From positions 62,001 through 126,000 of the forward strand of contig JBLWGC010000180.1 in the NCBI GenBank assembly GCA_048772705.1: DNA of 64,000 nucleotides. Direction: 5' to 3'. A program made the position numbers and the translations under genes. Shown here one piece after another: positions 22,501-35,837 of the stretch. Numbering within the stretch: the first letter of the stretch is position 1; each line of letters begins with the position of its first letter. This DNA comes from Leidyana gryllorum EB-2025a (lineage: Eukaryota > Protista > Apicomplexa). A model generated the notes under the pieces. It saw only the letters and a list, made by a program, of their open reading frames with translations, made no database searches and was not told where the DNA came from.

Positions 22501-24255
22501 CAGCACTGCCCTTTGTGAAAGAGCTAACTCCAGATCCTTCTCTCGCTCCTCTTCGGAGTCAATGGATAAGTCTATGGAAGGCGAAAAGACCATCAGAGAA
22601 GCATCAGACAGTGATGTTGGTGGTACCTGGGTAGAATGCCTCCGCCGAGATGTTGAAAACCTCGATGGTACCATATAAATTGGCGTCTCGCCGAAGTTCC
22701 GGATCGTAAGCTGCCTTGAAAAGCGGTAGATCTCGTTTGAAGATGCGGCGTGTAACACTACGGACTCTTGAAGCGGGTGAGTACCACTGTAACTACCTTG
22801 TAGCCTGACGCGGCGAGGTTGGAGAGCCCACAGGGGAGCCAATTTTTCCCGGTGTGACCAAACCAACGGAGGTCAACAGTCCTTTCGGCCTCTGGAAGGA
22901 ACGTTTGCTGTCTGGAGCAGCAGCGACACTACTCACTGCGAAAGCGTGTGAGCTGTTGTTTATCTCTCTCATGAGAACAATGTCAGCGAGTGTGGGGCGG
23001 AAGTGTTTGATGAGATCTAGTGGCAAGCTCGGCCTAAGTTGGTGTTTAGGCTGCCACCGATTGGCCAAACACTTGGGCTGGACGATTGGCACAATATATG
23101 GCTCTACCTGCGCATAAGATTGCAGCTGCAGAGGAAGGCCATCAGAGAACTCACGCAAGAATGCAAAAACTCGTCTAGCTCCTCGCGCATATGCTTTTCC
23201 ATGATGATGTCGTGCCCTTGCCTCTCAAGGAGCGTCAACTGATCTGATATACTCAAGAAATCTGGGATACCTACCTTCTTTGGGCCACCATCGTAGTGTG
23301 AATACATCGAGTAACTGCCCTTCCAATGAAACATTTCGTCAAGTAAACCTGGGGAAGGATGCACCATGCCTTCCTTAGCCTCTCTAACTTACCGTGTATA
23401 ATCAGAAGTGGGCATTTACAGTCCCTAAGGTCCCGTGCATTGTCATAGGATTTCGGCACAAGCATTCGAGTCACTGCGCCACCCAGCATCCCCTGAGCCA
23501 CACCACTGATTGATTTGAATGGACATTGCAATATAAGGGCGCCGATGCGGGACGATGGGCGAACGAGACTTGTGAGTTTCTCTTCATCCACCTCAGTGTA
23601 ATCGTCAGTGGGTTGACTCCAAGGACAAAATATCATGTGTTGCTGGGCAGAGAGGTTGGGTAGAGGGGGTGGCCAGCCTACAATCCCCCTCTCAATGCCC
23701 TTCGCCAAGTTCCGGCAGTATTGCACACATGGACCAGATCCAATGGAGGCACTGAACCCGGCCAGCAATTGCAAAACCAGATCCATCAAGAACTCACCCC
23801 CATAAGACTATGTTCTCTATTGGCCAATACAAGCGGTTCTGTACAAATTTGACCACCCCGCTCAATGTTTGGTACACAGCCACGTCACTCGGCGGCCCTG
23901 CGTATTTGCCGTAACCTGAATGGAGGGTGAGAATGACGGCCGTGTTACGATAGATCACCAGGATATTCAAATGCGCAAACGTGCACTCCAAGCTCATTGG
24001 AGACGTTGAGTAAATTGACTGCTGCCATCCCCAAGTCGATGGCATTTTGGTGGGCAAAGATCAGAAGGATATAACTACCCTTGGGATGACTGCGGAAATA
24101 GACAGGCACTGTGGTCACATGTATGTTTGTGGCCGCAAGAGCTGACCTCGAGGTTCAATATCAGGGAGATGAATGTAGAAAACATTGGGTTCCTCTACAT
24201 CGTGGGAGGCCTCCGAGCCCGGAAACATGACCGCATCAAGTATATGTTTGAACAT
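19522..24255 (-). CDS. ABHD17/ABHD13-like alpha/beta hydrolase with a very long C-terminal extension (many introns; 3' end uncertain, 19522-19580)
   Basis: The spliced N-terminus gives FAHQNAIDLG..FEYPGYG..IVLWGASIGSGP (nucleophile elbow)..CPLLIIHGLLDE..QGHD. Downstream ORFs join in frame through canonical introns. Confidence 0.7.
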
Positions 24256-24299
24256 GATGTGCACCTCTGCTAGGATCGCACCACCTCATGCAGGCGCTA

Positions 24300-27200
24300 T
24301 CAATCTGGAGGTGCTAATTGAGATGAGTCCCCGCTCTTGACGCGATGGAAGATGTTAAAAGGCCTTTTCGCTGCAGACTTCAGCTTGCGATGAAGCTTTC
24401 GCGCCCGTTGGCGCGTTTTGGAAGCCCGGTCGTGACTGAACTTAGAATCGTTGTCGCCCTTCCGACCGGAAATTGAGCTCCCCGCACTTTGATCTTTGAG
24501 GGTCACTGCCAATCCGTACAACTCCGTCAAACGCGCACAGTCTTCACACCAAGAGCAGACCGAGCAAACCTCTTCCGCACTACCGCTGCGCCCCATCCGC
24601 TTGCTCCCCTCGTCACTACTATAACTGCGAGAAGAGAAGCTAGAAGGTGAGGAAGGCGGTGAGCTCGCTCTCAGGAGAGCTGTGCTGCTCGGAGTACTTG
24701 CGGCCGACGGGTGCTCAGCCTGTCCCTCCAACCTTCGCACCTGAACAAGTACCGATTCTCCAAGAGTGCCAGTCGGGCATGCATTCTGCTTGGGATGAGA
24801 CACAGCAGCACTTACTTCGCAAATACGCTGGAAACGTCGGAGAATCTTTTTGCTCTCTTCGCATCGCATGGTGTCCGTTGACTGAAGTCTTTCGTTGACA
24901 ATGGCCAGAGTGGATTTGACCAGATCCTCATGTGCGATCAGCTCTTCCACTGCACCGGGCATTTTCATCAAGATTCTGGCAACCTCATATCTGCCATAGA
25001 ATATAGCATATCCCAGAGCAGCTTGTTTAGGGCCCAGCTCGACTTGAGCGTCCTTGAGTTCGTCTGGCTCGGGTTCTACATAGCCATTCTCCTCTCGTCT
25101 CCATATTTCTCGCAAAATTACTTTGGCCAGTTCGTCGTTACGAGTGCGAATACAGACCATCAGGGGCGACTCAGAGTTGTCAGAGTCTCTCAATTTTAGT
25201 TTGCACCCATGACGCATGAGGAATTCGCAGACATCGCGCCTGCAACCATCGCTCCCAACGATTCGCCACCATCCGCTGCTCACCTATTCTCATTGCAAGC
25301 ACTATGAATTGGAGTCTGATTGGAACCATTCAGTACATCAACGTCTCCTCCATATGCAAGGAGCACCCTGATGCAATCCAGTCGGTCATCCTCCGCCGCA
25401 TAATGCATTGCGGTGTTGCCAGTTTGAGCATCTTGACGTGACAAAAGATCAGACATCTGGAGAAGGATGTCGTCACCTCCGCAATCTGCTGTCAAAGTCG
25501 ATTGTCTCGACACCATGATGGGCAATGCTACAGTGCCTCGATTATCTGTGAAATCACGAAACCATTCACCAGCGAGCACTTGGCCAACCCCACCTGTGTG
25601 GCACTTCTCGGATCCTTTGGACCCTCCTGCCCGGCTTGTTGCCCCCAGCGTCCCCGAAGACCTGCGGGTCCAGAAGCGTAGCTTCGAAGAGCTGCGGGTG
25701 TTTGAACTCAGATGCAAACCGGTGGTCTGAGGCCCTGCCAGCCCAGGCTGTGAGCTGGCGGATGGGGGGACTGAACCTTGAACAGGCAATAACGCCAGAG
25801 AAGGTTCGTCAACCGCTAGCGGTTCCATCACCAGGGGGTGTTTGGAAACAGGATTCGAGGCTATCTCAGTGTTCGTTCTCACACGGATGGCATCGGTGGG
25901 TGTGGGTTGAGTAGATGCTTGCGTGGAATGCCCGGGTGGAACAGGGATTGCGGGCGCTGGGGCGAGCATTGAACCATCTTTGCTGGAGCCACGCGAATAG
26001 GCCAGGAGAGAGGCTTGAGTAGGTTTGGAGGGAAGGGTGCTGTTGAGTTCAGGGGGAGAGGTTTGGGGGAGGACGGGACGAACTCTGGACCCACGGCGCG
26101 CCATATCTCTTTTCTTGTTATGGCGACATCGACCACGCGCCACATTAGCCAGAGCCGCATGTCTCGAACAGAAGTGTCGACTGTTTGACGGCATCGCGGC
26201 CTCAGAGAGGAGATGACGGTAAAGATTGTCGCCAGATGACACGACTTGATTGTTACCGTGGTGCTTCGAAGATAGTTGGAATAAACGGTATGCTGACAGG
26301 AGAGCTTCTAAACATTCCCTTTTACCCATTTTGGCGGCTTGAATGTGGGGAAGGGACCACGTTGAGTGAGGTCGTGTCATCAACTAGTCAGCGATCAATG
26401 ATGCATGAAAGCCGGCGGCTGCGCTTACCTCGGGAAAGAGAGCAACCAATAGCTCCACACTTTTTACATCGTTCTTGGCTATAGCGGCTGTGAGTATTTC
26501 TCCAGCGAGAGGTAAGGAGTGGAAAGGACCCCCAGGGCCGCCTTGCAGAAAAACGGGAAGGAAGCGAGGGTTGGCCCTGTAGGCGAGCATCACTGGAGAG
26601 TTCTTGTGGGTCCCAGAAAAGGTGTTTGGATCTGCTCCCCAATCCAACAAAGAGTGAATCAGTGCCTCGTCGCCAGTCTCGCACGCCACATGGAGGGGAG
26701 ACTTCCAACCCTTAACTGCGGGGCAGCGTACGTTCAAAGGATAACACCGCTCCAGAAGGAGCTGTAAGATCAAAGTATAAAAGAGGGGGTAGAGTGTCAC
26801 TTACCCTAGTCATCCTAACATTTCGTCGTTCAATAGCACAATTCAGAGCAGACGGACCAGTCACCATGTGAGGCATCATCTGTACCCCGGCATCCAGGAG
26901 ATACTCAGCCATCTCGTAATCATCGGACTGACCATACGTCATGACAATACCAATAGAGTAAGTCATTTGACTCACCATCACTGCTCGGACTAACGGAGAC
27001 TTGCCCAAGTGGTCAACCACGTCGAGATCTGCTCCGGCATCGCGGAGCGCTTGTACCACTGCTCGATTTCCATTCTGTACTGCTACCGAGACGGGTAAGG
27101 TCCACACATTGACCCCTCCTTCTTCAGAGGTCGGACAAGTGACAGGAATGTTCACCAATAGGCGGGAACCCTGACCAAGTGTGAAGAGTGCAAGTGGGTC

Positions 27201-28283
27201 AGCATTCAGACGAGGCTTCAATAGTACATCGACCGTCTCCAGGGCAGTGCGAGCCACGGATGCCACTTGAGTAGCATCCGCGTTATTCAAGGCTACAGCC
27301 AAGGCTTTGATGAGGTGCTTGGCCCCTATTTGTTCCAGATATATCTTTGAGGCCCAGGAGCCAACGAAGGAAATTCGGGGTCGAGGATCGAGAGGAATCG
27401 CTGAGACCCGAGCAGGCTCAGAGTGCGGACTGCGGACGGATGATTTCGTCTCGGGGCTGCGGGGAGGTTGTTCTGAGACGGGTGACGGCATGGGAACAGC
27501 AGGCATTTGCTCATTGTCGGAATCAGGGAGGGTGACAAATCGGGCAACTGAAGACAATGCTTCTAGAGAAATGGAAGTGTAGTCCACGCTCAACTCGCGG
27601 AAACGAGGCCAAACCGCCTTACTGAAGCCGCTTTTGAACGAAACTCCGGTAAACTGTTCAGATCGATCGCATCGCACGCTCACGTGAACCAGATGCGGCA
27701 AGTGAGCGGACAACAGGGCGCTCATTCCGCGGTCAGTGATGAGCGGACAGAAGTCCAAGCGCAAAGAGCACAATTTTGTGAACAAAGCCCTTTTCTCCGG
27801 TTGCGGCGAGGGTACAAAGAAGGGAGCGGTGGATGTCAGCCAAGCCAGCTGTGCATCTTTGAGTAGGACGCAGTGTGAGAAGTCCAGCTCGATTCCTTCC
27901 GAGCGTGTGGTGCACGATAGACTAGCCAAACACAGCTTTAGCAATTTCTCGACGACCATCTGGGCATCATATCCTCGGAGACTGCTGAAGCGAAGGGTAC
28001 GACTAGGTCCCCCAAGCCGATACTTGTGTGTTCGGAAAGCTCTCGCCGTGCTTCGCAGCAGCAAGATACCTTCGGCATCCAGAAAGACTTCTAAATGCGG
28101 TAGTATCTCCTGAAGCCTTTCATTCCACGATTGGCTGGACGCTAAAGGAATCGGTGAGCTCTCCGAGATTTTCCAGCTTGTGTAACTTTCTTCACCGTCC
28201 GGAAACCCGACGGAAGAAGGTGGAGAGGGACTCAGTTTCCTACAGCTCATGGGGCTCAACCGTGCCAGGCCCTCGGGCCGCAT
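24300..28283 (-). CDS. F-box-like / LRR / ankyrin-repeat protein
   Basis: F-box-like EILPHLEVFLD..LLLRST; AMN1-type LRRs (LDFSHCVLLKD, LRLDFCPLITDRG); several ankyrin repeats (GKSPLVRAV, SPLHVAC, GNTAMHYAA, SPLMVC). Confidence 0.7.
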
Positions 28284-28340
28284 ACCCTTGAAGTCGTCAC
28301 TACCAAACACACAGTACCGCGGCGACCAAAACAAAAATCC

Positions 28341-28943
28341 ATGCTACTCCCTATGGCCATTTTGGCAGGGGCTGCTGGGCCTGCCGCCTTGAGAAGGATG
28401 CACCGGGCGATATCATTGGCCAACGATGACCGCGAAGATCGGGACGACATGGAAACATCATTTGATATCAATCTGCCTCCAATATTCGGTTTCTGGTCCG
28501 GCTTGGCGATGGGCTTCGTTGCTGGAGCTTGGCTTGGGCTACGTCTGGCTGGTCCGTTGGGTCGTTGGGCCTCTTACTTCCGATGGTTCTCGCCAAGTCG
28601 CCAAGAACTGGCCGCGTCTCTACCAGGTCCCGCTCGTTCACTGTCCCACGAGACGCCAGTGCCCACTTACCGACCAGTGCAGCCCACCTCCGCCGAACAA
28701 CAGCATCTGCCCTTCACTCCCCCCCTTGACATGCGAATCAACGCCACAATTGGCGAGGCCGGTAGAGGAGGAAATACCCCCAACAAGGTACCAGCCTCAT
28801 CACAATCTTTCCCTCCAATGTTTCCTCTACCGTGCCTTCCAGCCTACTTCCCTACAGTTAATTATGGAGAACGCCAGAATCCCTATGCAATCCAGCCACC
28901 GTTGCCATACTTTGGCCAACCTATGTCCCCACCTGCACAATGA
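28341..28943 (+). CDS. Hypothetical protein with one hydrophobic segment and a Pro-rich C-terminus
   Basis: 200-aa ATG-initiated ORF; candidate TM segment FWSGLAMGFVAGAWLGL. Confidence 0.55.
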   Translation: MLLPMAILAGAAGPAALRRMHRAISLANDDREDRDDMETSFDINLPPIFGFWSGLAMGFVAGAWLGLRLAGPLGRWASYFRWFSPSRQELAASLPGPARSLSHETPVPTYRPVQPTSAEQQHLPFTPPLDMRINATIGEAGRGGNTPNKVPASSQSFPPMFPLPCLPAYFPTVNYGERQNPYAIQPPLPYFGQPMSPPAQ

Positions 28944-29098
28944 CCGTAGTTCCAAGTAATAAGACTGACTAGCTAGCTAGCTGTCTCCGTTAGCAACATC
29001 CATGTCGAGTTGCCATCTGTCAATACACCGTTAACTTAGCCTAAGATGGGGAGCGCGGTTGATTGGCACATTGCGAAAAAAGTGAGCCCCCTCGCCTG

Positions 29099-32068
29099 CT
29101 AAGGATCTGATATTACAATTGTCGTCGGGGTGGACGCATAGTCTGTGTTCTCAAAATCTTCTTCGCCTGGAGTTGGTCGCCACAACAACATACTGTCCCC
29201 AATGAATTCTCCATCTTCGCCTCTGGCCGTTACAAAGGCGTAGATCCAACCATCCAATCTCCTCAGAGAATGAACCAGGTACTGCCAAATCATGATGTGA
29301 CGGGCAGACCGATCTCGGAACTCGAAAGATTTGGTTGGGGTGGTAGGTGAAAGGTGCGAGGGCCTGTCTTCAATTCCGAGAGCTTTGAATGCTCGAGGTA
29401 AACAGGGGCCGACAACGAGGATGGTGAAAAGTACGTAAACCAAAGTGGTGCTCACAATGATCGACCCCATAGATCCTCCAATGTCCGACTTGGCTTTCAG
29501 TGCAAGAGCAACAGCTGAGTAGAGTGATGTTGCTGGCCACCTGTAATCCGCTTACCGACGGCACCGCGGAGCCCCGAGAGGGACACAATCCATTGAATTT
29601 TCTGTGGCAGACGACCACCTTCTGCAGTCTTAAGAAGCAAGTTGACGATCCCCGCCGTAAAAGCGATAGACACCAGTCGTCCAGCCGACACAAAAGCGAT
29701 AGTGAATAGATGCAAGACAATCATCGGGCCATAGCCATTCAAGAATGGGACCGCCACAGACGATGATCCCCCATTGATATCATTGACTGCTGGGACCCAC
29801 AAGGCGCGGAAAGCGAAAGCTGAGAGCCCCAATAGGACAAAAGCCAGAGTTTCAGCCAGTTGACTGAAACCGGCATATACATACTTCGCCACTGTAGTAC
29901 CCGATTCAGAGAAGTTAGGGATAGCATAACGAGCGATTGCTATCCCGCAGAACAGTACAGCTACCACCCCAGATAGCTCCAGAGTCTGCAAGAACAATTT
30001 GAGGATACATGGCATTACTACTCACCTCAGCTATGAGATATGAAAACCACGGCGAGACGAGAATGATAGCAGTTTCAATGGCTGTCACTCTTTCTTCGTG
30101 AGTCATTTTCCAACGGTAGCTGGCTATTTTAATCAGCAAAGATATGCCGAGACCAACGCCCAAGCCAACCGCCATGGAGAGAGCAAACATGTATCCAAAC
30201 CACAGAACGTCGGATGCCATTGTCATGCTGGGTCCGCTGCGGATAACCATCCGATATAGTAGAATGGCGACTGCATCATTGAGGAGGGACTCTCCCAGTA
30301 CAACAGTCTCGATGACGGGATCGACAGCAACTTCGCGGAACAGAGACAATACAGTCACGGGGTCCGTGGGAGACAAAAGGGCACCCAAAGCCATCGCTTG
30401 CTGCATAGAAAACTTGATCGAGAACTGGTTGTTGAATCCTGCGAGGTAGAACCCTCCTGTGTTGAGGACGAAGGCCACCAAGGTGGCGAAGAGAGCAAAC
30501 CACAGGATAGTCCCAAATCTCGTGAAGAACATCTTTCCTTTGCGACCTGTCAACTCGAAGCCGCTGTTGGGCAATGAGCACTGACGCTGATGTAGACACA
30601 CTTACCTGGCGAAGATAATCGGAGGCAGAATGAAGACGAAAAAGACACTCTCATTGAAATTGGTGATGCGCTCAAGCACGAAAGACTCATTCACACCTCC
30701 AAGCCAAAAGCAGAATGCTGTGGCACAGCCCAATAAGATTGCCACCACGGAGACATTCATTCCTTTGTGGATATACTTCGACGACAGGTGCCCAGCAACG
30801 ATGCTTGACAGGACAAGAAGCAACAAAATCAGAAGCCCATAGTTCATGATGCCGTCCCGTTCCTGACTGGACATGAGCGTATGAGAGCTGGACGTGAGGA
30901 CGGAGCTCTTAGACATTCCAGAGTTGTAGTCACCCACATCGGGGGTACGAGATCTGCCACCAAAAAGCCCAGATCCGCCTAGGCTATAATGATGTCGGTT
31001 GGCGTGTATGTGGTGTCCCTTCGCGTCCACACTCCCCTCGCCAGGCAATGACACTGAACCGGTCACGAATGAACCCGGTGGTTCGTCGTAAGGATGATAT
31101 CCGGCAGCTCTCCAATGTTCCTCTGGATGGGGGATTGATGGATCATACAATCCCGGCTCGGGGGCCAGATGGACGGCACCCTCAACAGCCTGCAGAGTGC
31201 TAACGGCTTGATAGTCTCTCCCAAATGGCCACCACATTTGCCAATCTTTCCATGACTTCTTCTGCTCGTTGTCAAGGGAGACATCGTCTCGCACTTCGAT
31301 ATCCGTGCGATGGATCTCAACGTCATCTTGGTCGTCCACCGGATCTCTCGAGATCATTGAGTGACGTTTGGTCTTGCGATTTGTGCGGGCGGAATGTACT
31401 TCATTGTGGTCGACTGTGTATGGAAGTCGATCATGAGGGTAACAGCAGTGATTGAGCTTACCATCGTCAACTGAGTTGTGCAAACCTTTGTCTCTTGGGC
31501 TGCGTTTATGACTATCCGCCCTGTTGTGGTAATATCGACCGTACGGCTCATGCAGACCTGCAGTGTCGCCATGACGCTGTTCATGGTCATCGTCATCATC
31601 GATCATCACATGACCGTGTGACTCATGGCCATCTCCTGCATGATGATCAGTAGGCGTTCGAGCTCCCAGTCCAACAACCCCATCGGCCTGGTTTGCTTCG
31701 CCCATTCCACTTCTCGATGCCACCTCGTCAAGGGGCCTACTGTCTCGATGATATCCTCGGCCCCTGCGGGATCCGTCGAGACCGAAGGGGTAGTGAAGAT
31801 GAGGATCACCCTCTGAATCCACTATGCTGTCATACTCCTCCCTCCTATTACGGGGTGCATCTTCTTGTGAGCCGTCTCCAAAACTTTCTTCGACGACCTT
31901 CCTTGAGAATTCAGGTCGACCATGACGAGGGTACACACGGTCGTCGATTAGATCGGGCGGATGATTCTGGGTATGATGATGATGATGTTTTCTCTCCCCC
32001 CAGAGTCGACTTGGTCTATCAGAGAGATGCAGTGGAGGATGATGTTCCGAAAGAGTGGCGTGTGACAT
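29099..32068 (-). CDS. Na+/H+ exchanger (CPA1/NHE family) with a long His/Asp-rich N-terminal extension
   Basis: FFVFILPPIIF, LSPTDPVTVL, GESLLNDAVAI, LSGVVAVLFCG and GLRGAV motifs; multiple TM segments across 4 or more exons. Confidence 0.9.
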
Positions 32069-32133
32069 CGCTAATGTGGGAATTCCAAGGTATAGGAAAG
32101 GCCCATAGAGTTTTGTGTGGCACAAAAAAAAGA

Positions 32134-33532
32134 TCAACCTTGAGAGCGCTGTACATGAAGGAACGTGGCGATGCCGGGGGGGGGCATGGAATGGGTCAAT
32201 GACATAGTGGGACGGGAAAGGCCACGTGGGAAGTAAACTGGTCTGGTTGAGGCCAGGACCTCTTCACGAACGGCTGATACGCGCTGCCAAGCAAATCCTC
32301 GACGGAGCAAAGCTTGAGCACCCGCGACCCCCGAGGGCTGCTCATGCGATTGAGGGGAGACGGTGGTGTTATGGGTAAAGACAGAGTCGCGACGGGCAGC
32401 GACAACCTGCCTTTCGACTCTCTGCAACATTCTGTAAACCAATCGGGATGAGGGGGAGCTGAACTGGCCCTCCGAGGGCGCTTGGGTGGCCACCGATGGC
32501 GTTGGAGGAGATAAGGTCGACTCCGAAATTCGGAAGGTCCGCATCACCACATCTAGTACTGTCTCAATATCCTGTAATGCCTTCTGTGCTATCGAGTCTT
32601 CTACACTCTTGCCAGACAACGGATCTTCGGGCACACTCTGCTGTTGTCGCAATCTCCATAAATCACGTCTCCGCTGTGAGCACACGTGTGTAGATCAGAA
32701 TCATCGCGCGAACACACCCGAGCGCGAGCAGTATCGGCTCCGCGTGGTTCCATACAGAGGAACAGGTTTACCTGAATGTTGCGAGAATGGTTCCGACGCC
32801 TATGAGACGGGCTCTCTTCCTGATCCACAGTTGCGACAAGCTGCTCAGCCGTGGCCAAATGATTCTGAGCGGCGAGCGCTAAAGACCTAAGCGAAGTCAA
32901 CCGACTTCGGTAACCAAGCAGCAGGTGTTCTACCTTCCGCCGCTTGACTTCTTCATTGATTCGCGCGTGTCGCTCATTCGCTGTCTTGCGCCGTTCCTCA
33001 GCTATCTCTTTTTTCACACTCTCGAGCTCCATCGCCTGCTGACCCACACATTGCCGTAGGATATGCTCAAACCGGAAATTGTTGCGAGCGACGGACTCCT
33101 GCAGCAGCAGCAAATGTTAATTACTCGGACTCCATATGAGGGTCTCCACTGCTCAGTGGCAGGGAGGCGGACGAGCACTTTGTACACATAATCCCAAACC
33201 GACCTGTTCGTCTTTCAGTTCTGCTATTTTGTTGCGGAGGGCGCGCTCGGAGGTGATCACTTGTTTGAGAAACAGGATGACCTCTTCTTTGCGACTGGCC
33301 TGTAATCGATCGGTTGAAGGTGTAGGAGGGCAGCTTGAGATAGACCCGCTGCGTTGAACTCGAGCTCCTAAAACATCAACTTTAGGTACCATCTAAAACC
33401 ATTATCAGCTTGTGCGGGACAACGTACCATATTGGGCATGCTGGGAATTGAGTCATCATCCTCAGTACTCTCGCTACTGACGGTAAATGACACTCTTGCA
33501 TCATCTCCACTGCTGACGAGGACGGAGTGCAT
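32134..33532 (-). CDS. Hypothetical coiled-coil protein (multi-exon; 3' end uncertain)
   Basis: Chain of ORFs 33368-33697, 33153-33392, 32601-33113 and 32134-32685 with heptad-like charged segments; ATG at 33532. Confidence 0.45.
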
Positions 33533-33574
33533 CCCCACCTCCAAACTTCTTTTACAATCGCCTTTTTGGGCGCA

Positions 33575-35797
33575 ATGCAAGCAGGAGAGGGTGATCCAGC
33601 TCGCTCTCCAGTGATATGCAGTGTTCCATTCGTTGCCGAAGAGCCCCCACCTCGCACTCCGAGGTCGGAGATTGACTACATGGATCCCCATCGCCAACTG
33701 CGCCCGTCAATTCTAGCCGCAGCGTCCCAATTCCGACAAGCCCGACCCAACTCCTTTGATGAACACCTACCACCCCTACGAGCTCAGGATGTTTATTACC
33801 CCCTCCCTGACTTCGAGCTCACCGAGGATTTACGGAGCTCCTCGGCGGCCACCAAAAGCGTTGACACCGTCACTACACATACTACGTCGCTAGGGGCTCA
33901 ATTACCAAGTTTGTACTCTACTGGAGGAGGCGTAACGCCTAGCGCCGCTTACTCTGCCTCCTTCTCGTTTCCCCCTGAAGCGGCTCCGCATCTCCTCCCG
34001 GTACTGCCACCGCCGGTGGTTGTTCCCAATGTACCAAATATACCACTAATCAGCACGCCTGCCCTCAACCCCCGTACGGAGGCATCGAACAGACTCGTGC
34101 AGCGAGTTCTGGAACAGCGAACTCACCTTCCCCCCAATTCGACAGGGCCTTCGAGCACATCAAAGCCCACCATCGTTGCAAACAACCACATAAATGTCTC
34201 CCCAACTGCAATTCCTGCCCCGCTGGGGCTTCAGCCTGTACAGCGAGCATCGCAGGTGTACAAGCCTGCGGTACCTCAACAAGTCCCATCGGAATCGATA
34301 CTGACATCGCAGGAAGGCCCCAAGCCCGGACTCGCTGCAACAATTTCCCAGCGCAATGCAACCTCGCAATTCTGCCCTTCAGAAAGTGTGTCAAATATCA
34401 AACGAGTTCAATCTGAGAGTGTGCCAAGCGTCACAGATGACATCATCAGTCTTGCTGACCTCGACCGTCACTTGAGCTCTCATCTCTCCTTATCGCAAGC
34501 AGGTGAGCCCAATCTCGTCCATGTTAGTGATAGCTGGGTGGGTGCGGTGGGGTCTCACGATCGCAGCTTTGCACATGACATGGGGTCAAAATATGTCTTG
34601 CAGAGAAATCCAGTACTGTTACTCCCCGGAAAGCTCGAGGGATTCGACGACAAGGGTGAGTTGTTTTGAGCGATTTGACGTCTTTTCAGCCGTGGTCGGA
34701 ACACTGCTGAGAAAGACGAGACCCGTAAGCGCCGGTCTCGCACCGTGAGCGACCGCAAGTCTCCCAAACCCGAGCCTCGAAAGCGTATGGGCCATTCTGC
34801 CAAACCCTCAAAAGACCGAAAACGTCGAGCACGGCGTGACAGCGATGAAGTCCAATCAAGCGGTTGGTCCACCGTCCTGAGCAGTGATGTTGGGTCATCA
34901 GTTTCAGACGCTCGGCCATACAAGTACCTACCCCCACAGCCATATGCTACGGCCAACCAACTAGCCAGTGAGTCTTAAAGTTGTTCTTACATATCATTTT
35001 GCATTGCAGCGATGTACCCACCGATGCTGCCCTATGTGGGACCGTCCGTAGAGACATTGGCCATCACACCTGTGGCGTCTCGTTCAATGCTGACGTGCAA
35101 TTCTGAGTTCCGAAAGCAGTTCCCGTTCGTATATCAAGGTCTTTGCAAGGGCATCATCGACATACAGCGTCTGATTGCACACGAAATCGTCATTCCTATC
35201 AAAGAAGAAGTCAGTCTCAAACGTTCAACAATTCGGTGGGTGTAACCTGGTTCCGTCCTCACCGTGAACATTTCTTCCCTCTTTCAGATCCCGCAAGGCT
35301 GTGACTGGGGCGATATGTGACTCGCTTTGGCGGAGTCTGCAAGGACGGTTCCCTGATCCCCTTGTGGCCCCTAAATTGATCCGCAAAATGGCTGATTACT
35401 TTTACGACAAGATAGAGTTTGGTATACAGGATGCAGAAGATGAGCGCAACTTCTTGCAGTGGCTGTTTAGATTCGATGTTGACAATGCTATTGACCTTCG
35501 GCAGAACGTCACGCTGGTGTGTGGGAAGAACACTATCATCACCAACGTCGAAGGGAGTGGACGGCTGAAGCGGAGAAAAGGAGATTTCTTCGCGATGATG
35601 TCCCCCGACAGTGTTACTCTCAACATCGAATGTGTCGTAAAGGTGGGCTCCCTGCTGGAAATCGTCGTGATATTATTCATTTACAGGCCCTATTCTTGAA
35701 TGGAGGACATCTGTGTGAAATTAACAGTGATTCTATCTTCATCGATCGCGTCTCCGCTGGCACCAACCGCTTTGCTCGCCAATTCTTGGGTTTCTGA
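33575..35797 (+). CDS. Hypothetical protein: Pro/Ser-rich N-terminus plus a globular C-terminal domain
   Basis: ORFs 33527-34669, 34745-34978, 35012-35245, 35301-35699 and 35519-35797 are separated by intron-sized gaps with GT/AG ends. No family recognised. Confidence 0.55.
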
Positions 35798-35837
35798 TCA
35801 CCTTTTTGGGTAGTGAGTGGCAAAAAAATCTAGTGCG

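Noticed and set aside
28968-28983. (TAGC)n run resembling the ApiAP2 TAGCTA motif
   Set aside because: It lies between convergent 3' ends and is short enough to be a simple slippage repeat.
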